Part shown: positions 57,789 through 64,000 of the stretch, one piece after another
Layout of the letters: every line of letters starts with the position of its first letter
How positions within the stretch are numbered: position 1 is the stretch's first letter
Assembly (NCBI GenBank): GCA_023484515.1
Contig: JAMDAY010000001.1
Span: 758 to 64,757, forward strand
Direction of reading: 5' to 3'
DNA: 64,000 bases
DNA from: Patescibacteria group bacterium
Lineage (GTDB): Bacteria > Patescibacteriota > Doudnabacteria > UBA920
Made by a program: the position numbers and the translations under genes
Notes under the pieces: model-generated
The model's database searches: none
What the model was told of the DNA's origin: nothing
Seen by the model: only the letters and a program-made list of their open reading frames with translations

Positions 57789-58796
57789 TCATTTTTTATT
57801 ATGGAATTTTTTATGGATGTCGCGCAGGCCCTGGTCGGTAATGTGAGTGTATATTTGCGTAGTGGTAATGCTGGCGTGGCCCAGCATGGACTGGACCGAG
57901 CGGATATCCGCGCCGTTGCGCAATAGGTCGGTCGCGAAAGAGTGGCGCAGGGTGTGCGGAGTGACTTTTTTGACAATGCCGGCCAGCCGGCAGTATTTTT
58001 TTATGACGCGCTCTATGCTGCGCGCGGTCAAGCCTGCCGCTAAGTTATTGTTACGGTTGTCGTTATTGTTTTTTCCGTATCCCTGGCTGGCAATTTGTTT
58101 TTCTATGGTGTTGCCTACGGCCGAATGGCTGACAAACAAAGCTTTGCTGTTGTCCTTGCGCTTGGTCAAATATTTTTTTATGGATTCCGCGGCCTCGCCG
58201 GACAAAAACACCAGGCGCAGCTTGCTGCCTTTGCCGCGCACCGTAAATTCGCCGCGCTCAATGTTTAAATTGTCGCGGCGCAGGCTGGCCAGTTCGGACA
58301 CGCGCAAGCCGGTGGAGAACAAGGTCTGCAAAATAGCGTAATCGCGCAGTCGGAGCTGTTCGTTCGGTTCCTTGCGCGTGGCTTCAAACAGCCGGTTTAG
58401 TTCGCCGGCTTCCAAAAACTCCACTTGCCGCGCCGGATTTTTGGGTAATTCAATCTTTTCGGGAGCCAAAGTTTCCACGTCCTGCTTGGTCAGGTATTTT
58501 AAAAACGCGCGCAAGGCGATTAAGTGGTAACTTTGCGTAATCAGCTTAAGCGTCTTGCCGTTTTCGTCCACCAGCCGGTTTAAGTATAGGCGGTATTTTT
58601 TTATTAAATCCAAATTGATGTTTTTGGGCTCTTTAACTCCGCTGTTTTTGGCGAACACGGCAAACCGCCGCAAATAGTGGTCGTAGTTTTTTATGGTGCG
58701 CAAACTTTGGTTTTTGCCAATCTCGCAATATTCCAAAAAGTCCGTCACATATTTCAAAAGGGGAGAGGTGGGGGTTGTGTTTTTGGTTTCGGGCAT
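57789..58796 (-). CDS. XerC/XerD-family tyrosine recombinase
   Basis: TGLRVSEL, GKGSK.R, TPHTLRHSFAT.LL.NGAD, LGH...TTQIYTH. Confidence 0.93.
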   Translation of the reverse strand: MPETKNTTPTSPLLKYVTDFLEYCEIGKNQSLRTIKNYDHYLRRFAVFAKNSGVKEPKNINLDLIKKYRLYLNRLVDENGKTLKLITQSYHLIALRAFLKYLTKQDVETLAPEKIELPKNPARQVEFLEAGELNRLFEATRKEPNEQLRLRDYAILQTLFSTGLRVSELASLRRDNLNIERGEFTVRGKGSKLRLVFLSGEAAESIKKYLTKRKDNSKALFVSHSAVGNTIEKQIASQGYGKNNNDNRNNNLAAGLTARSIERVIKKYCRLAGIVKKVTPHTLRHSFATDLLRNGADIRSVQSMLGHASITTTQIYTHITDQGLRDIHKKFHNKK

Positions 58797-58898
58797 AAAA
58801 AGACAGTTAGCGTTTAGCTTTTAGGGAGATGGTGGGATTTTTTTGAAGTCATATTGAAGATTTTTCGGCTCATAAAATGTTGCGGCGGTAAATTAAGC

Positions 58899-59002
58899 TA
58901 ACAGGAGTCATCCTTTCGGGACTATCAATCTTAACATCGGCTGATGATAATCTTAGACTAATAATCTAAAGCCTGTTTATCCCGGAAGGACAACCCTTGT
59001 TA
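58899..59002 (-). repeat. H95 hairpin element, copy C (inverted)
   Basis: Reverse complement gggataaacaggctttagattattagtc...tatcatc...gatagtccc matches copy B. Confidence 0.8.
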
Positions 59003-59475
59003 TTCTCGTTACAACATTGTGCGACACAGGTATTATAGCGCAATATTTTACAACCGGCTATTCGGGAATCAGGCCAGTCCTGCTCCTGTAATTATTAAAA
59101 ATGTTTTCATGAATATATTCATGAACTAATTATGTAATTGAGGAGAGGGGGAGGCTATATCAATTTTATTCTGTATAGCCGCCTTCTTGCTGTCATGGCT
59201 TTGGCGAAGGCGACATTCACTTCAGTATGCGAAAAACCCAGAAAAATGGGCTTATTTGCTTGTTTGGGGCAAGTAGGGTATAATATAGGCATAATTAATC
59301 CACGGATAAGTGTAAAAGCAATTGAAATATTGAAAGATTGAAAAATTGAAAATATTAAATAATTTTTTAATCTTGTAATTTTTAATCTTTCAATTAACAA
59401 ACTGCTACTTATTTCGTGCAGACCCCGATGGGGCGGCTGAAAATTTGTCCCGCATCATCAGGCAAGAAAGGCAGT

Positions 59476-59742
59476 ATGTTAACCCCAAAAGAAAAAAACG
59501 CGATTATTAAAAAGTACCAGGTGCACAAGGATGACACCGGCAGCCCCGAAGTGCAAGTGGCAATTTTGACCAAAGAGATTGAACAGGTCAGCGAACATTT
59601 AAAAGTGCACCGCAAAGACAACCATTCCCGCCGCGGCTTGCTAAAAATGGTCGGCAACCGCCGCCGCTTGCTGCGTTATTTAAAGAACGAAGACGCCAAG
59701 CGCTACGAGAAAATTACGGAAAAGCTGAAGTTAAAGGCATAA
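59476..59742 (+). CDS. rpsO: 30S ribosomal protein S15
   Basis: [31 protein letters not shown]. Confidence 0.97.
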   Translation: MLTPKEKNAIIKKYQVHKDDTGSPEVQVAILTKEIEQVSEHLKVHRKDNHSRRGLLKMVGNRRRLLRYLKNEDAKRYEKITEKLKLKA

Positions 59743-59757
59743 CAGGTTATATTAATT

Positions 59758-60150
59758 ATGGACATACAAAAATTTGAGCAAGACTGGACCAAGCTGGGCA
59801 TAGAAATTTGCCAGGCAATATATACAAATCCCAAAACACAGGAGCTAAAAAATTCCCTGGTTAAGAACGGCTTCCTGACTTTGGAAGAAAAAAGCGAGTT
59901 CATTAACATTTGTGACAAGACAAAATACGAAATCATTTACCAAAAATACGGCAAGGAAGACAGCCAGGGCTACAAAGACTTCAGTAAGCAATGGCAGCAA
60001 TGGTTCCAGCAAAAGGGCGTAGAAAGCCAAAAAGACCGCGGCCAGCGCAGCAGCGTAGACCATATCTTATTTGGCAGCACGCCCGATCCCGTGCCTTTTC
60101 TGCTGCATTTTGAGGAAGAAATATTGGGAAGTTTGAGTACTGAAAGTTAA
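59758..60150 (+). CDS. Hypothetical protein
   Basis: 130-aa ORF between rpsO and pnp. Confidence 0.7.
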   Translation: MDIQKFEQDWTKLGIEICQAIYTNPKTQELKNSLVKNGFLTLEEKSEFINICDKTKYEIIYQKYGKEDSQGYKDFSKQWQQWFQQKGVESQKDRGQRSSVDHILFGSTPDPVPFLLHFEEEILGSLSTES

Positions 60151-60157
60151 CATTTTT

Positions 60158-60261
60158 TCCTTGAAGGGCGCCTTCCGGGAATAACAAATTTTTAATTATT
60201 AGCCGTCAGATATCATCTACCAAATTAAAGACAGATGATCCCGGAAGGCACCCTTCAAGGA
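60158..60261 (+). repeat. H95 hairpin element, copy D
   Basis: tccttgaagggcgccttccggga-58-tcccggaaggcacccttcaagga with attattag and tatcatc. Confidence 0.8.
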
Positions 60262-60380
60262 TGTAATAAATTTAATTCTCAAAAGGCGGGCAGATTCAGC
60301 GAAGACTTCTTATCATCAATTATTTGGATGATTCAGGTCTCGTCCATTTGCCCGGCTTTTGGGACAAAAAGGATTTTAGT

Positions 60381-62636
60381 ATGGAAGCACAAAAGATATC
60401 TTGCAAGGTCGGCGGCAGCGACCTTGGTTTTGAGGCGGGCAAACTGGCCCGCCAGGCCGACGGCGCCGTGGTTGCCCGCCTGGGCGACACAGTGGTTTTG
60501 GCCACCGCCGTCATGAGCGACCGGGCCCGCGAAGGCATTAGTTTTTTTCCGCTGTTGGTGGACTACGAAGAAAGGCTGTACGCGGCCGGAAAAATTAAAG
60601 GCTCCCGGTGGGTAAAGCGCGAAGGCCGCGCCACCGACGACGCCATCTTAAAAGGGCGTGTCATTGACCGCACGCTGCGCCCGCTATTTCCCTATGGCAT
60701 GCGCAACGACGTGCAGGTTATTGCCACGGTCTTGTCCGTGGACGGTATAAACGAGCCGGACATGCTGGCGGTAAACGCCGCGGCCATGGCGCTGGCTATT
60801 TCCAAAATCCCGTTCGGCGGGCCGGTTGCGGCCGTGCGCGTGGGCAAGGTCAACGGCGAATACGTAGTTAACCCGACTTACGAACAGCAGGACAACTCCG
60901 TTATGGATTTGGTAGTTTGCGGCACGGCCGACCACATTATGATGGTGGAAATGGGAGCCCAATTAGTCACGGAAGAGGAAATTGTGGAAGGAATCAAGTT
61001 TGCGCAGCCTTTTTTGGGGCAGTTGTGCGAAGCGCAGGGCAAATTCAGGGAACAGGTTGGCAAGGAAAAAGCAGAACCCATTATTGTGCTGCCCCATCAA
61101 ACAGTTATAGACAAGGTTAAGGAATTATTGAGCGATGATAAAATTGAAGCGGCGGTTTACGTTAAAAGCAAGGAAGAGCGGGAAGCGAATATTAAAAGAT
61201 TGACCGAAGAAACGGTAGAAGCGGTAAAAAGCGCTTTGGGCGAGATTGAAGGAGTAAGCGTGGAAAAAGACGCGGCCGAAGCAATAGACAAAGTCCTTAA
61301 AAAATACCAGCAAAAGCAAATTTTGGAACATGAGCGCCGCGTGGACGGCCGCAAGCTTACCGAAACCAGGCCCATTACCTGCGAAGTCGGGGTCTTGCCG
61401 CGCACGCACGGCAGCGCCTTGTTTACCCGCGGCGAAACGCAGGCTTTAACCACGGTTACTTTGGGGTCTAAAGGCGACGAACAGACCTTGGACGGCATGG
61501 AAGATCCTGTAGAAGGCCGCGCCAAGCGTTACATTCACCATTACAATATGCCCGGATATTCCGTGGGCGAGGTTGCGCCTATCCGCGGCCCCGGCCGGCG
61601 CGAAATTGGGCATGGCGCTTTGGCCGAGCGCGCCGTGGAAGTCGTATTGCCCCCCCAGGAAGAATTCCCTTACACCATGAGGCTGGTCAGCGAAATTATG
61701 TCTTCCAACGGATCAACTTCTATGGCCAGCACTTGCGGATCTACGCTCGCATTAATGGATGCCGGCGTACCCGTTAAGGAAGTCATTGGCGGCTGCGCCA
61801 TGGGTTTGGTGCTGGACGAGGAAGACCCTTCCAAGTTCAAGGTGCTTACGGACATTGCGGGCATAGAGGACTTTAACGGCCACATGGACTTTAAGGTTAC
61901 GGGCAGCGAAACCGGAGTTACGGCTCTGCAACTGGATATTAAAGTAAAAGGCTTGACCGCGGAAATTTTGGCCAAGGCTTTGGAGCAGGCCAAGCCCGCG
62001 CGCACCCACATTTTAAGCAAAATGAAAGAAGCGCTGGCCGCGCCCCGCCCCGAACTTTCCCCTTACGCGCCGCGCATAACTTCGTTTACAATTAAGCCCG
62101 ACAAGATCCGCGAAGTCATTGGCAGCGGCGGCAAGACCATTAACGAAATTATTGCCAATTGCCCGGGCGTAAAAATTGACATTGAGGATTCCGGACTGGT
62201 CATGGTTACGTCTACCGACGCCGAATCCGCGAAAAAAGCGACCGAGTGGATCCAGAATATTGTCAAAGAAGTTCAAGCCGGCGAAATTTACGAAGGCAAA
62301 GTCACCCGCCTCATGGATTTTGGCGCGTTTGTGGAAGTGCTGCCCGGCAAGGAAGGGCTGGTGCATATTTCGCAACTGGCCAACTACCGCGTCGGCCGCG
62401 TGGAAGACGTGGTAAAAGTCGGGGACACGCTAAAAGTGCAGGTTACGGAAATAGACGACCAGGGCAGGATTAATTTGACGCACAAGCCGTTTGCGGCAGC
62501 GCCGTCGGCCGAGCAAATGGCATCCGCTGATCGCGGCTACGACGACTACCGTCCCCGCAAGCCGTTCAACCACAACGGAAATCACCATAACGGCCACGGC
62601 AACGGCCGCCCGCCCAGACGGAATTTTGACAGGTAA
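60381..62636 (+). CDS. pnp: Polyribonucleotide nucleotidyltransferase
   Basis: FFPL.VDYEE, HGSALFTRGETQ, RREIGHG, SNGS.SMAS, KH and S1 domains. Confidence 0.97.
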   Translation: MEAQKISCKVGGSDLGFEAGKLARQADGAVVARLGDTVVLATAVMSDRAREGISFFPLLVDYEERLYAAGKIKGSRWVKREGRATDDAILKGRVIDRTLRPLFPYGMRNDVQVIATVLSVDGINEPDMLAVNAAAMALAISKIPFGGPVAAVRVGKVNGEYVVNPTYEQQDNSVMDLVVCGTADHIMMVEMGAQLVTEEEIVEGIKFAQPFLGQLCEAQGKFREQVGKEKAEPIIVLPHQTVIDKVKELLSDDKIEAAVYVKSKEEREANIKRLTEETVEAVKSALGEIEGVSVEKDAAEAIDKVLKKYQQKQILEHERRVDGRKLTETRPITCEVGVLPRTHGSALFTRGETQALTTVTLGSKGDEQTLDGMEDPVEGRAKRYIHHYNMPGYSVGEVAPIRGPGRREIGHGALAERAVEVVLPPQEEFPYTMRLVSEIMSSNGSTSMASTCGSTLALMDAGVPVKEVIGGCAMGLVLDEEDPSKFKVLTDIAGIEDFNGHMDFKVTGSETGVTALQLDIKVKGLTAEILAKALEQAKPARTHILSKMKEALAAPRPELSPYAPRITSFTIKPDKIREVIGSGGKTINEIIANCPGVKIDIEDSGLVMVTSTDAESAKKATEWIQNIVKEVQAGEIYEGKVTRLMDFGAFVEVLPGKEGLVHISQLANYRVGRVEDVVKVGDTLKVQVTEIDDQGRINLTHKPFAAAPSAEQMASADRGYDDYRPRKPFNHNGNHHNGHGNGRPPRRNFDR

Positions 62637-62640
62637 ATTA

Positions 62641-62667
62641 AAAGCCAGCTTAATAGCTGGCTTTTTT
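62641..62667 (+). terminator. Intrinsic terminator
   Basis: aaagccagct-taat-agctggctttttt. Confidence 0.8.
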
Positions 62668-62710
62668 GTCCGTCATTTGTTATACTTTGGGTGTCAGTAA
62701 ATTCGCGTTT

Positions 62711-62950
62711 ATGATAACACAAGATGACATTAAGTTGATAATTGAGGCGGAGAAAGAGGTTTTTCCAACCAGAGAAGATTTCTCCGATTTGCGTAAAGAT
62801 TTTCATGACTTACAAACCTCGGTGGATAAATACGCCAAGAAAGCCGACACTTATTATCAGGAAATGGCGGTAATGCGCCATCGGCTGGAGAGGCTGGAAG
62901 AGTGGGTAAAAGAGGCGGCAGGAAAAATCGGGTTGGAGTTTAAGGTTTAG
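62711..62950 (+). CDS. Small coiled-coil hypothetical protein
   Basis: F.T.EDF...EM.....RL.R.E.WVK..A.K.GL. Confidence 0.7.
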   Translation: MITQDDIKLIIEAEKEVFPTREDFSDLRKDFHDLQTSVDKYAKKADTYYQEMAVMRHRLERLEEWVKEAAGKIGLEFKV

Positions 62951-63146
62951 AATAATTTTATTAATTATGAGTGATTTTGAACAAAATCAAACCAAACCCC
63001 GCCCTTATCTTTATTCCTTTGAAGATTAGTTTTGTAGTTTATATTAAACAGCGCCTCGCCAACGGGGCGCTGTTTTGGTATAGTTAATATAGATTTAAAG
63101 ATTTAAAAATTGAAGTTTTGCATAATTTTTTTATTTTTAATTTTTT

Positions 63147-64000
63147 ATGCCTTACTTTGATATCCTGAAAAAAGACGAATCATCGCGCGCCCGCAGCGGC
63201 GTTATCCATACCGCGCATGGCGACGTAAGGACGCCGGCGTTTTTGCCTATTGGCACAAAAGGAACGGTAAAGACCGTTACGAGCGAAGAGCTGAAATTTT
63301 GGGGTGCGGATATAATTTTGGCCAACACCTATCACTTATGGCAAAGGCCGGGCGACGCGCTTATCTACAAGGCCGGCGGCCTGCACAAATTCATGAATTG
63401 GAAAGGGCCAATTTTTACGGACAGCGGCGGGTTCCAGGTTTTTTCTTTGGCCAAAATGAGGAAAGTGATGGAGGCGGGCGTGCTGTTCCAGTTTGATTTG
63501 GACGGCAGGCAGGAAATCCTTTCGCCGGAGAAATCCGTGGACATCCAGGCTAATTTGGGCAGCGACATCGCTTTAATTTTAGACGACTTCCCGGGTTTTC
63601 CGTTTGAATACGAAAGGTCAAAACAATCCATTGAACTGACCAAACGGTGGGCAGAGCGGGCAATTAAGGAATATCAAAAAATAATAATTGACGGCGATCC
63701 TGTCAATCCCGGGCAAAAATTGTGGGGAATTGTCCAGGGGGCGTCGTTTCCCGATCTTCGCGAACAGTCGGCGCGCGATATGGTGAATTTCGGCTTTGAA
63801 GGGTTTGCCATTGGCGGCGTGGCAGTGGGGGAGCCGCATGAGGAAATGATGAAAGCCGTGGAAGCGGCTGTTCCGCATTTGCCCGAGCAATCGCCAAAAC
63901 ATCTTTTGGGCGTGGGCACGCCTTATGATATTGTACAAGCCGTAGCCCGCGGTTGTGATACTTTCGATTGCGTGATCCCGACAAGGGAGGCGAGGCATGG
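63147..64000 (+). CDS. tgt: tRNA-guanine transglycosylase, 3'-partial (absent from the ORF track)
   Basis: TPAFLPIGT, ANTYHL, TDSGGFQVFSL, GIVQG, AIGG, HLLGVG, FDCVIPTREARH. Confidence 0.95.
   Translation, partial: MPYFDILKKDESSRARSGVIHTAHGDVRTPAFLPIGTKGTVKTVTSEELKFWGADIILANTYHLWQRPGDALIYKAGGLHKFMNWKGPIFTDSGGFQVFSLAKMRKVMEAGVLFQFDLDGRQEILSPEKSVDIQANLGSDIALILDDFPGFPFEYERSKQSIELTKRWAERAIKEYQKIIIDGDPVNPGQKLWGIVQGASFPDLREQSARDMVNFGFEGFAIGGVAVGEPHEEMMKAVEAAVPHLPEQSPKHLLGVGTPYDIVQAVARGCDTFDCVIPTREARH

Noticed and set aside
57789-58796. Integron integrase
   Set aside because: The extra segment lies after patch III, not at the IntI-specific position, and there are no regular RYYYAAC...GTTRRRY attC sites. 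The motifs are Xer-like.
59101-59140. dif site near the xer gene (palindrome ttcatgaatatattcatgaa)
   Set aside because: Does not fit the 11-6-11 dif consensus with a TTATGTTAAAT arm.
1-64000. Alternative genetic code (TGA = Gly)
   Set aside because: Conserved genes end at TGA at their expected lengths and none is interrupted by it.

Overview
Chromosomal segment of a bacterium that looks like Patescibacteria/CPR (Parcubacteria-like). This is inferred from the gene families (CPR-type pilin, PaaX/Cas2-like protein, DUF5666/MacAB operon) and from scarce Shine-Dalgarno sites; TGA is used as a stop. From left to right: (1) a partial malectin/Fn3/Ig surface protein; (2) cupredoxin, copA and a metallophosphoesterase; (3) a five-gene SipW/TasA-like fibre operon interrupted by a repeat-flanked DUF559 nuclease; (4) ferric reductase and cupin; (5) an accessory region of about 11 kb around tRNA-His, with displaced 3' and 5' tRNA fragments and a repeated, fixed-spacing att-like motif separating cargo blocks (NYN, DUF2975, two TA pairs, NUDIX/HIT/hydrolases); (6) metal and redox genes; (7) a P-type ATPase and an ECF-sigma/MacAB operon whose sigma gene is frameshifted at an A9 run; (8) pilin, MgtE-N/NRAMP, a deaminase-like gene and a PaaX-like gene; (9) core genes (rluB-like, two tRNA-Arg including a GCG anticodon, xer recombinase, rpsO, pnp, tgt). 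Two dispersed hairpin families were found by eye: 83-84 bp (5 copies) and about 95 bp (4 copies). The best candidates for an undescribed system are the tRNA-His-anchored cassette array, the modular TasA-like fibre and the hairpin families. All calls come from manual motif recognition; no database searches were run.
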